DNA of 49,145 nucleotides. Source: Bdellovibrionales bacterium (GTDB lineage Bacteria > Bdellovibrionota > Bdellovibrionia > Bdellovibrionales > Bdellovibrionaceae). The notes below the pieces were generated by a model. It was not told where the DNA came from and searched no databases. It saw nothing but the letters and a program-made list of their open reading frames with translations. Made by a program: the position numbers and the translations under genes. Shown here piece after piece: positions 18,503-28,300 of the stretch (positions are counted from its first letter, which is position 1; every line of letters begins with the position of its first letter). The stretch spans positions 1-49,145 of the forward strand of contig JANMPT010000041.1 in NCBI GenBank assembly GCA_031370005.1, in the 5' to 3' direction.

Positions 18503-20149
18503 ATGCAGTCCATGAATACTCGACGTTGTGATACTTTAATTATTGGATCCGGCTTAGCTGGACTCTCACTCGCACTAAAAATGGCCTCTCACGGAAAAGT
18601 TGTGATTCTCTCTAAAGAGAAGGCTCCTGATACCAATACCAATATGGCTCAAGGGGGAATCGCCGCTGTAATATCAAGTGAAGACAGCTTTGAAAGCCAT
18701 ATTCAGGATACTCTGACTGCTGGAGCCGGACTCTGTAAACTTGAAGTTGTACAAAATTTTATCAAACAAGCTCCCGATCGCATTAATGATTTGCTGAACT
18801 GGGGAGTCCACTTCGACCTTCGTCGAGGGGTTGATAACGAGGAAAATTCCATAGATTTAACGCGCGAAGGCGGGCATTCCTTTCGACGTATTTTGCATTT
18901 TGAAGATCAAACCGGGCACGAGGTCCATGGGGCACTTTTAAAGCGCGTCCTTGAAAATCCAAATATTGAGCTTCTTGAAAATCATTTTGCCATTGATCTC
19001 ATCATCAACAAACAGGTCGACACTTACAACATGGAGCCCACTCGTTGTGTAGGTACTTATTCCCTGAATACAGACAGCGGCGAAGTTGAAGCCTTTTTAG
19101 GCAAATCCGTTGTACTTGCCACTGGCGGCGCGGGAAAAGTTTATCTTTACACCTCAAACTGGAGCGGCGCCACTGGTGACGGGATAGCCATGGCTTATCG
19201 AGCCGGCGCTCGCATTTCAAACTTGGAGTTTATGCAATTTCATCCAACCTGCTTATATCATCCAGAATCTAGAAATTTTCTAATTTCTGAAGCTTTGCGC
19301 GGCGAAGGTGGAGAGCTTATCAATTCCCAAGGCGAAGCTTTTATGCATAAATATCATGTCTTAGGCTCGCTTGCGCCACGAGATATCGTCGCCCGATCTA
19401 TAGATGCCGAGATGAAAAAATCCGGGGTACATTGCGTTTATCTCGACATGACCAAACTCGATGCTGATTTTTTACGAAAAAGATTTCCTGCAATTCACAA
19501 CAAGTGCCTTGAATATGGCATCGATATGACAAAAACTCCAATTCCGGTAGTCCCCGCCGCTCACTATTTGTGTGGCGGTATTCTAACCGATCTTAATGGG
19601 CAAACAGATATCCTGGGTCTACGGGCAATTGGCGAAACGGCAAACACAGGCCTGCATGGGGCCAATCGCCTGGCCTCAAACTCGCTTTTGGAATGCCTTT
19701 GCATGGCCCACAATGCCAGCGAAAGCTTAAAAAAAGATTGGGATACTCTCGAAGTCTACCCTCATGATCCAAAAGATTGGCATTATCCAGAAGAGTCCGA
19801 TGATGATGAGATGATCGTAATATCTCATATGTGGGAGGAAATTCGTCATTTGATGTGGAATTATGTAGGGATTGTACGATCAAATAAACGCCTCGAACGA
19901 GCACAACACCGCCTTAAAAATATCTTAAGCGAAGTGCGCGAGTATTATTCTCACTTTAGAATCCACAGCGACATCCTTGAACTTCGCAATATCGCAATTG
20001 TCGCGGACCTTTCTGTGGAATGCGCCCTCCGTCGTAAGGAATCCCGTGGGATTCATTACAGCTTGGACTATCCTTTTGTCCCTCCAACTGCTCTTCACTC
20101 TACTGATCCGAAAGCGAAAGACACAATTTTGTTGCGCGGTCTTAGATAA
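18503..20149 (+). CDS. nadB: L-aspartate oxidase
   Basis: IIGSGLAG, AQGGIA, REGGHS..RILH, QFHPT, ISEALRGEG, LAPRD, HYLCGG, GLHGANRLASNSLLEC, ESRG. Confidence 0.96.
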   Translation: MQSMNTRRCDTLIIGSGLAGLSLALKMASHGKVVILSKEKAPDTNTNMAQGGIAAVISSEDSFESHIQDTLTAGAGLCKLEVVQNFIKQAPDRINDLLNWGVHFDLRRGVDNEENSIDLTREGGHSFRRILHFEDQTGHEVHGALLKRVLENPNIELLENHFAIDLIINKQVDTYNMEPTRCVGTYSLNTDSGEVEAFLGKSVVLATGGAGKVYLYTSNWSGATGDGIAMAYRAGARISNLEFMQFHPTCLYHPESRNFLISEALRGEGGELINSQGEAFMHKYHVLGSLAPRDIVARSIDAEMKKSGVHCVYLDMTKLDADFLRKRFPAIHNKCLEYGIDMTKTPIPVVPAAHYLCGGILTDLNGQTDILGLRAIGETANTGLHGANRLASNSLLECLCMAHNASESLKKDWDTLEVYPHDPKDWHYPEESDDDEMIVISHMWEEIRHLMWNYVGIVRSNKRLERAQHRLKNILSEVREYYSHFRIHSDILELRNIAIVADLSVECALRRKESRGIHYSLDYPFVPPTALHSTDPKAKDTILLRGLR

Positions 20150-20179
20150 ATTCGCCAAAATAGAGTTGGGCAGGTATCT

Positions 20180-21040
20180 ATGACACAAAACCAGTACAAA
20201 AATTCTGAAGGCCGTTTTAATGGCTCACAAAACGCCGATCTTTTTTTTCAGCTATGGGAAAATCCGCGCGCCCGGGGCACGATCATTATCACTCATGGAC
20301 ACGGTGAGCATACTGGCTCATATAAACGCGTTGTAGAGGCTCTGCGGGACGACACCTGGAGCATTTATGCCTGGGATATGAGGGGGCACGGAAAATCCGA
20401 AGGTGCTCGCGGATATGCCTCGAGCTTTGATGACTACAGCAATGACTATGTTGAGTTTTTAAAAATGGTTCTGGCAGAACCTTTAGTAAAAAAGGGACCA
20501 GTGGTTCTTCTCTGCCACTCAATGGGCGCCCTCGTACAAATCAAAACTTTGCTGCAACATCCGGAGTTTAAACCCGACGCCATGATCGTGAGCTCTCCAC
20601 TTTTGGGCATTGGAGTTGAAGTTCCTGCATATAAAAAAATTGGCGCAAAATGGCTCGCAAAATTCCTGCCCACGTTGACCTTATGGAATGAAATTGGCAA
20701 TGATGATGTGACCCGCGATGCTGAGGTAATACGCGAACTGGAGCTTGATCCTTATCGTCATGCCCGGGTTTGCGCCCCGGTTTATTTGGGCTTCTTAGAA
20801 AGCATCAAATTTGTTCAAGAAAGTGCTTCAAAATTAAAAGTGAAAACTCTTTTCCAAATTTCTGATAAGGACCCAGTGATCAGCTCTTCAGAAGCCATCC
20901 GATTTTTTGAAAATCTTGGAAGTCCGGAAAAGGAAATCAAAATTTATAAAGATGCTAAACATGAAATTTACAATGATATCATTCGTGAACAAGCGTTTAC
21001 GGATATGCGACAATTTCTTGAGGGAGTAACAAAAAAATGA
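20180..21040 (+). CDS. Alpha/beta hydrolase, lysophospholipase/monoacylglycerol lipase (Hydrolase_4) type
   Basis: HGHGEH, DMRGHGKSEG, CHSMG nucleophile elbow, Asp in DPVI, KHE. Confidence 0.88.
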   Translation: MTQNQYKNSEGRFNGSQNADLFFQLWENPRARGTIIITHGHGEHTGSYKRVVEALRDDTWSIYAWDMRGHGKSEGARGYASSFDDYSNDYVEFLKMVLAEPLVKKGPVVLLCHSMGALVQIKTLLQHPEFKPDAMIVSSPLLGIGVEVPAYKKIGAKWLAKFLPTLTLWNEIGNDDVTRDAEVIRELELDPYRHARVCAPVYLGFLESIKFVQESASKLKVKTLFQISDKDPVISSSEAIRFFENLGSPEKEIKIYKDAKHEIYNDIIREQAFTDMRQFLEGVTKK

Positions 21041-21642
21041 GACAACTTGCAGCTCTTCTCATGTCATTTCTTTTGTGCATATTGCTACTGAACGCTTGTG
21101 TTTCCTCCACTGTCACCAAGAGCGGTGTCAATATTATGAGCGAGTCCAGTTATGAGGCCATAGTCGATAAGTGGTCGGATCATGTCGAAGACTATAATGG
21201 TTTAAATAATACTGTGACCATCATGGCAACTTTATTAAATACTGAGATGGCAATGGCGCAGCTCGATCAAAATGCTCGGGTCTTTCAATGGGACCAAATC
21301 ACTTTTGATAACGAAAAAAAGAAGCTCGAAAACAACATGAGTCTACAAACCGATGTTTTTGTCAGCTTCTATTCTCCTGAAAGAAAATGGGACGATCTTT
21401 ATAAAAGTAAAACCCTTTGGAAAGTCTTCTTAGATGTGAATGGCCAGCGCTACGAGGGCAAGGTTACAAAAATCAAGCTTCTACCTCGAGAGGTTCAGAA
21501 TCTTTATCACTATCACACCGCTTTTGCCACTCCATATATGATTAGCTTTCCGCTCAGCACGCAATCGCTGGATAATAAGCCTGCACGCTTAATTTTCACT
21601 GGTGCCATCGGTTCGTTGACCCTGAATTTTGGGAATAAGTAA
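21037..21642 (+). CDS. Hypothetical lipoprotein
   Basis: Lipobox LNAC; ATGA overlap with the hydrolase stop. Confidence 0.8.
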   Translation: MRQLAALLMSFLLCILLLNACVSSTVTKSGVNIMSESSYEAIVDKWSDHVEDYNGLNNTVTIMATLLNTEMAMAQLDQNARVFQWDQITFDNEKKKLENNMSLQTDVFVSFYSPERKWDDLYKSKTLWKVFLDVNGQRYEGKVTKIKLLPREVQNLYHYHTAFATPYMISFPLSTQSLDNKPARLIFTGAIGSLTLNFGNK

Positions 21643-21653
21643 CAGAGAGACCT

Positions 21654-22409
21654 CTATTCTTCCTTGATACTGACTCCTGAGCTTAACCCCCAAGATTTGA
21701 GCACTTCTTGCTCATCACTTGCTGATTTTGTCTTTTTGAACTTAGCTCCAGATTTACCCTTCACGCGACGCTCACAAGAGGGCCAGTCATTATGGCGAAA
21801 AACTATGCCACCGATATTGCTTAAATAGGAAAAGGCCTTTTCCTTTTCACTATTATTTTTTGGTTTCATCTCGGGCAAGCCCTCTGATTCCGGTAAATCC
21901 AGAATCGGAATATCATAGTTTAGCAAAGAACCGCGGTATAAAGAGTATTTTCGCCCCTTGGAAAAGGCCACGCTAATTTCATCACAGCGCTCATTTCCTG
22001 GAGTACCCCTATGCCCACGGACATAATGCCAAGAGATTGCGCCAAGGTCTTTGCGTTTTTGAACGAGAAAAAATAATTCTTCCCAAAGATCTTTATTTGA
22101 AACCTCTTTGCCATCGGCGGTGCGCCAGTTATTGCGCTTCCAGCCCCATACCCACTGGGTGATTCCACGAATAACATAGGTGGAGTCTGTGTAAATTCTG
22201 ACATCATTGGGTATCTTAGATAAAAAAACCAAAGCACCGATAACGCCGGACATCTCCATACGATTATTGGTAGTGGAGGAATCTCCGCCGCCAAGCTCTT
22301 GAACTTTGCCTTCAGGCAAAATCACCACAGCCCCCCAGCCTCCTGGGCCCGGGTTGCCAGAGCATGCGCCGTCAGTGAATACAATAATATCTGAGAATTC
22401 TGACTTCAC
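21654..22409 (-). CDS. rnhA: Ribonuclease HI with a C-terminal hybrid-binding (viroplasmin-like) domain
   Basis: TDGACSGNPGPGGWG, TNNRME, TDSTY, NKDLW, GH.GTPGNERCD; C-terminal W..C...VKG.SGAKFKK. Confidence 0.93.
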   Translation of the reverse strand: MKSEFSDIIVFTDGACSGNPGPGGWGAVVILPEGKVQELGGGDSSTTNNRMEMSGVIGALVFLSKIPNDVRIYTDSTYVIRGITQWVWGWKRNNWRTADGKEVSNKDLWEELFFLVQKRKDLGAISWHYVRGHRGTPGNERCDEISVAFSKGRKYSLYRGSLLNYDIPILDLPESEGLPEMKPKNNSEKEKAFSYLSNIGGIVFRHNDWPSCERRVKGKSGAKFKKTKSASDEQEVLKSWGLSSGVSIKEE

Positions 22410-24196
22410 GTAACGACTTCCTGAAAACGTGGGAGATAAATAGTAAAGATAGTACTATGGCCAAGATTGGACTCTACCGTGACGGCACCATAACTTTGCT
22501 GAGCAAAGTTGAGTACGGAACTGAGACCCAAACCAGTTCCTTGACCTACAGCTTTCGTGGTGAAGAAGGGCTCAAAAATTTTTTCATACATTTCCTTTGG
22601 AATCCCAACTCCATCGTCTTCAACTGAAATGGCGACATAGTCTCCGGCGGCACAAAAATCAGTGTTTTCAGAAAGGCTTTTGTTTGCAAGGCGAATAGTC
22701 AGCTCTCCGCCGTTTGGCATGGCATCTCTGGCATTGACTGAAAGATTGATCAATGCATTTTCAAAGCAACTAATATCTATGCGTACAAGCCAGATCTCCT
22801 CTAGCATCTCCATATTTACTTTAATACGCTTAGATGCCGCAACCTGGATCAACTCGAACATCGCACCAACGACCTTGGCAAGATTCACGGGCTTGATTTC
22901 CACGCCTTCGCGGTGAGCAAAGGATAAAATTCTTTGTATTAAACTTTGTCCACGATGTGCCGCGCTTTGAATCCCCGTTATACCTTGAGTCAGCCTTGGA
23001 TCTTCTGTGGCCACACGGTTCAGAATTGCCACATTACCAAGAATAATAGCCAAAATATTATTAAAATCGTGGGCAAAGCCTGCCGCCAGCTCTCCGATGA
23101 GACCGACTTTTTGGATATGGAGTATTTGATCCTCTTGCCTTTCAATACGCTCTTGGGCAAGAACCTCTTCGGTTATCTCCGATAGAACCCCACGATAGCC
23201 AATAAATTTATTATCCAAATCGTAGACTGAATTGATATTAAAATTATAGTGATGGCACACTGAACCACATAAGAATGGCAAAGTATAATCTTGGATTTTC
23301 ATACGGGCCTTGAGAGCTTCCTTTAGACCTGTCTCCAAAGGCAACTGAAATAGAGACTGGCCCACAACCACCAGTTGCTTCAGCGGATCGGCCTCCGCAG
23401 CACTGGAGTTTACAAAATTATACTCGCCCGCTGCATCAGTCTCAAAAACATAGTCAAAGTTATCAACAATAATATCACGGAAACGATTTTCGCTCATTTT
23501 CAAAGACTGATAAAAGCCCTGAAAATTTCGATGCATGTGCGCAATAGAGTTTGCCATCTCATCAATCTCATTGTGCCCCCGAACCAAAGAATTTTTGCTC
23601 TTAAGATCCTCAGTATGAATCAAGCTCTGCTGAGCCTTGGAGACCTCGCGGACGCGGGCTGCAAGCTCGTAAAAAGGCTTGGTGATCAGGCGATTAAAAA
23701 GATAAAGAATGAAAAAAGAAACAAGCAGCGTCTTGAGAAAATTACTGAACAATACAATCAGGCCTCGATGAATAAGATCTCCATAAATCTGCTCCATGGT
23801 AAAGGTCACTGTGAGAAGACCAATATTATGAACTCCCCTGCCGTCTATGTAATTCAAAGGCTGCGTTTTCTTAGGCCCATTAGCCGCGACATCATTAACA
23901 AATTCAAAATCATGAAAACCCTCAACGTCTAAGTGCACTTTTGCAACCTGATCGAAGCGCAAAATACCTTTTAGTTGGTTTTCAATTTGATTTTGATCAA
24001 AGGCCCAAGCCGAAGCCGCCAGAGATTCGTTTAAAACACCATTGATTTCGTAAAATCGTTTATCAAGGTGGTAAACTTCATTGTTTAAGTCCATATAGAG
24101 CTGGGCTGTGGTGATAGTTAATGTCACTGCTGAGCTAAACAATATTGTTAGCTTCAGAAGTTTTTTACCCATAGATGAAATGATCAGTCGATTCAA
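22406..24196 (-). CDS. Membrane sensor histidine kinase (periplasmic domain, HAMP, PAS-like, HisKA, HATPase)
   Basis: Two TM helices, AHDFNNIL, NLSVNARDAM, DDGVGI, FEPFFTTK, GTGLGL. Confidence 0.9.
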   Translation of the reverse strand: MNRLIISSMGKKLLKLTILFSSAVTLTITTAQLYMDLNNEVYHLDKRFYEINGVLNESLAASAWAFDQNQIENQLKGILRFDQVAKVHLDVEGFHDFEFVNDVAANGPKKTQPLNYIDGRGVHNIGLLTVTFTMEQIYGDLIHRGLIVLFSNFLKTLLVSFFILYLFNRLITKPFYELAARVREVSKAQQSLIHTEDLKSKNSLVRGHNEIDEMANSIAHMHRNFQGFYQSLKMSENRFRDIIVDNFDYVFETDAAGEYNFVNSSAAEADPLKQLVVVGQSLFQLPLETGLKEALKARMKIQDYTLPFLCGSVCHHYNFNINSVYDLDNKFIGYRGVLSEITEEVLAQERIERQEDQILHIQKVGLIGELAAGFAHDFNNILAIILGNVAILNRVATEDPRLTQGITGIQSAAHRGQSLIQRILSFAHREGVEIKPVNLAKVVGAMFELIQVAASKRIKVNMEMLEEIWLVRIDISCFENALINLSVNARDAMPNGGELTIRLANKSLSENTDFCAAGDYVAISVEDDGVGIPKEMYEKIFEPFFTTKAVGQGTGLGLSSVLNFAQQSYGAVTVESNLGHSTIFTIYLPRFQEVVT

Positions 24197-24422
24197 AAAA
24201 TTCCCAACTCAAGAATCTTGTGTATAAGTATATACTTAACCTATCTCATTGAAAATTGCGAGGAAATCTAAAGCCCCACACTGGGCCTTTACTAGGACGT
24301 GAGCTGGATTCATACCTTCGACTTTGGGGGTTGGTTGGTTCTCCGCAGACCGTCCCCTGTCTACTTTCTGTTCACCCCTCAATGGTGAACTCCCATTTAC
24401 TGCATTTAGGCCTTAAATGTCC

Positions 24423-24437
24423 TGGCCCATAGCCTGC
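24423..24437 (+). promoter_or_regulatory. Putative sigma54 (-24/-12) promoter
   Basis: TGGCCCATAGCCTGC matches TGGCAC-N5-TTGC with exact GG/GC spacing, 45 nt upstream of the likely start of the barrel gene. Confidence 0.55.
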
Positions 24438-24481
24438 AATATAGTACTGGAATGGAAGTTCTTTCCGAGGAAAGCGGTTAT

Positions 24482-25345
24482 ATGCATAGTGGAAGCTTGG
24501 GTGTTACATTTTTTGCTCTTTTTTGTGGGATGCTTATTTTGAGCACTAAATCCCTCGCTCAAAGCGCGCAAAATCCCATCCCTCAGAGCTTAAATACGAC
24601 AGTCACAGGTTTAAAACCTGAGGAAATAAAGCCGTTTGGTATTTCTGCTGGCCTTTCCAAATCCATAAGCCTTGTAAATTTCCAGGATGGCGAACGCCAG
24701 GAGAGCAATGATCTCGAGCTCGTAACTTCTTATAAATGGCGCTTGGGCACGACTTTAGCGATTTTTACCTTCTCAGATAATGTCAGAGATCCAGGCAATT
24801 CAGATATTGGTGATATTGCCCTTGCAACAGCATTAAAAGCTTGGGATTCGTCACAGTTTAAACTGTCTCCGTCAGTAACTATTGTCATTCCTCAATCAAA
24901 AGAGTCTCGCATCAATAGAAATCTGGAAACAGCAATCTCTGGAAAACTTACGGCTGCGGTACAAGAAAGATTATTAATCCCAGGATTCTCGCTGAGGGGA
25001 AGTCTTAGCTTTGGACGCAACATCCATAGATATGAAACTGCTTTGGATGGATCGGTACTTAATAAGTATTCTTCAAGGCAAGGTATCTCCACCGGTTATT
25101 CAATTGGTGTTTTTTCCTTTGATATTGATTTTGCGCATATCAATGCCTGGTCTTACCAAGACAACTTAAAAGAGTCGTACGAACACAGTGAAGAAGCTTC
25201 AATCGCTATGAGTAAGCATTTTGGCTTTACTCTCGGGCACACAAATGGTGGCACTGTGTTTAAGGAAAATGGATACGCATCTAATTATCAGTTAATTGAT
25301 GAAAACAACTCTTTGGTCTACGCCAAAGTGAGCATGCAGTACTAA
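24482..25345 (+). CDS. Predicted outer-membrane beta-barrel protein
   Basis: Signal peptide ending SLA-Q, alternating amphipathic strands, C-terminal beta-signal YAKVSMQY. The start is uncertain (24452, 24482 or 24530); GAGG precedes 24482. Confidence 0.7.
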   Translation: MHSGSLGVTFFALFCGMLILSTKSLAQSAQNPIPQSLNTTVTGLKPEEIKPFGISAGLSKSISLVNFQDGERQESNDLELVTSYKWRLGTTLAIFTFSDNVRDPGNSDIGDIALATALKAWDSSQFKLSPSVTIVIPQSKESRINRNLETAISGKLTAAVQERLLIPGFSLRGSLSFGRNIHRYETALDGSVLNKYSSRQGISTGYSIGVFSFDIDFAHINAWSYQDNLKESYEHSEEASIAMSKHFGFTLGHTNGGTVFKENGYASNYQLIDENNSLVYAKVSMQY

Positions 25346-25361
25346 CGAATTGGAGAACGCT

Positions 25362-28300
25362 ATGAGTTTAAAATCAAGGTCTCAATACGCAAAGTCCGCT
25401 GATTTATTTTCAGTAATGACTGTAGTCCTCATGCTCTTCGCAACTGGATGTACGAAATCAAGAGATGCGGAGCTGCCTACAGAAATGCAGGAATCAGTCT
25501 TTGCAATTAGCGATTTCGGCGACACTCAAACTGAAAGCTCACAATTCAGTATTGAAACAGATGACAGCCATTCAAATTTGAGCCTTGGTAATTCATCGAA
25601 AGCTACCGCTGAAAAGGGCCTGGTAGCACTTTCAGATGTGAAAGTACCAAGCCGTTTGAAATACATGTTCAGCGGTCTAGAGGTTACGGGTCTGACTTCT
25701 CATAATTATCCAGTGACATTCTCTGTAGATAAGCAGTTTGTTACAGCCTATAAAATAGTAACCAACCCATCGGAATTAACAATTCTTGAAAAGCAATTGG
25801 CACAAGTCAAAGAAGAGGTCATTTTACAAAAACAACTTCAAAAAAATATTAATAGCGCTAAATCAAAAATTTTGCTCGCATCTCTTCAAAAAGCACGAGC
25901 TGGAAAATCAAATCTATTGACTCAAAAGTCCGCTATTTTGCTCGTTCCACTTTTTAAATTCAAAGTGAATAAATTTGGCGTTCTTCAAAGAGAAAAAAAT
26001 AAACTCAAAGAAGACACTTCCACCTTGGAGCTAAAAGCAACAGACTGGACGCAAGCGACACACATTCAAATCGCTACGACAATCGAGAGCCGCTTACCAG
26101 TGGGCCTTGACCCAACTCAAGCGGGCGACCTTGATCGTACATTTGTAATGGATCGCATCAACAACAAAATTATGACTGCGGAAACTCTAAATAATGAATT
26201 TCAAATCCCATTGGGCACACTTCAAGGCTCTGCACGTGTTTTGACCGTTTTAGATACGAAAGCACTCCATGTATTTGAAGTTACTCAATTGGGAAAAGCT
26301 CAATTGTCGGATTCTCAAATGCGACAACTGCAAGCAGGCTCTAAATCCAATGTTCGGTCCTGCTCTGCTGAGATTAAAAGCACATTGCCATCAGATGCCC
26401 AAAAAGACTGTATTTTAGTCCTTCGTTATGATGCGGAAATTAGCTATGTCATGCCGGAATTGGCTGTTGTTGACCACGATGGAAACCAGGACGCAAAAGT
26501 AAACTTTAAAACTGTTCTTGCAGGTCAAAATATCGGCCTTGTGCAAATTCCAAAAGATGTACTGCCATTAAAAATTGAAAGCAATAATGAATTGGATCCT
26601 AACACAACGATTCGTATTGCAGATATCAAAGGAAAAGAATTCTTCTTCAAAAGAACACTTGAAGACAGCGCATACTCCGCTGCCACCCCAGGTTTGGCTC
26701 CTGGTATGGCTGGTGCGATCACAATTGTAAAATTTGACCTTGAAGAAAACCGCATTGCAGTCCGCAGAGCAGATAAGCTTGTGAATTACAAAACGACTTC
26801 GAATGACTCAGACTATGAGGAGTTGATGTCAATTCCAGTGAGATACTTGAAACTAGAAACTAAGGATGCCTCAGGCGCCGCCTACGCAATCCCTCGTGTT
26901 GTGCCAGCAACACGCACGGATGCTCAGTACATTGATCTTGATTGGACTCACAATACAATTCCTCAAATATATTCACCCTACTCTGCTGTTTACGAAGGTT
27001 GTATTCTTGGCACTGCCAACACCCAGGTTGCTGATGTTGATATGCGCCTAGACAAGGGTGTCTTGAATTTCTCGCAAAAATACACAGTGGCTTTGCAACC
27101 TGAGTGCATGGCGGACTTTGCCCCTGCCAATGATTATAACGGCGCACCAAGCTCACAGTACACTGCCCGTGTCACTGAGCGTATTTCATTCAAATTAAAT
27201 GACGGCAGCACCGATAAGCCTTTCGTGGCACAGGTGCCATTCAAGGTCCAAAATGCTTTGGGTTACGGTGTATGGACTATTGGCCAAATCAACCCTGACA
27301 TCAACGGTCAGTTCGGTCGCGAAGGCACAGAGACAAATCTTCAAATGGTACATGACTTCCGTAACGGTAAGATGCTTATTTATACTCTAACTGGCTTGCC
27401 AACGGATGATCCTGAAATGCGCAATCTCTATATCGGCATCGCTAAAGAACTCGCAGCTTCATGGAATTTTGCCTATAAGCAGGCCTTCAAGGGCTCTGCT
27501 CTGGAGCGCTCTGGAAACTATATCGAGATTCAAATCGCAGGTGAAAATGGTGTGAGCGCTCACTTAGGTGATCTTGATAAGAATATCTTCCACTTCGAAA
27601 ATAAATACGCAAGTCACGGCATCTTAGGAGTATCTCAAGTTGGCTTCAATCCCCGCTCGGCAATCGTGGTGGCGGATTCTTTGATTCTCTATACTGGCAA
27701 CGTAAAATCAGACGTTTCCCGAAGTTTCGTACAAATGAACTTAAGAGCGAAATGGGAGAAAATGAAAGAAGGTTACCGTAGCGAGGCCCTTAAAAAAATA
27801 GCATCTCAAGAAAAGGTAGCAGTCGCTAAAGCCGTCACTAGTCAATTGATCAATATGGCTAGTGGTAAGAAAATGGATGCAAAAGTTCTTCGTCGAGCAA
27901 CAAACTTGAATCTAACTTCTAATGACCTTAAAGCCGCTGTTAAAACTAGAAAAGCTTTAGGGGGAAGTGGTGGCTTTGCCTATTCTTCACCAAAAGACGA
28001 AAGTGGATGGATGGACCGCGTTCTTCAAACTATGTTGGATAAGCCTGATATGAGTATCTCTGAGATCCACGGCGCTATTGCCAAGGAAGTTCTCGTCTCT
28101 AAAGGCAATAAATTGACTGATGTCCAAAGACAAAGTCTTACTCAAGCTGTAAGGCAAAGTCGCATTCGAGCTAAAATGCTGGCGAGTCTTAAAACTTCTC
28201 CAGGCTGCTTGAAAACTGAAGCTGAAATAGCAAATGGAAATTTTGTTAACAAAACTTTCAATGAGGCCTTCCGTCTTGAAGCTTTAAATACGATGGTCCA

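Noticed and set aside
20505..20530. CHSMG instead of GHSMG in the hydrolase
   Set aside because: The nucleophilic Ser, Asp and His are all present; first-position variation is common and does not imply inactivity.
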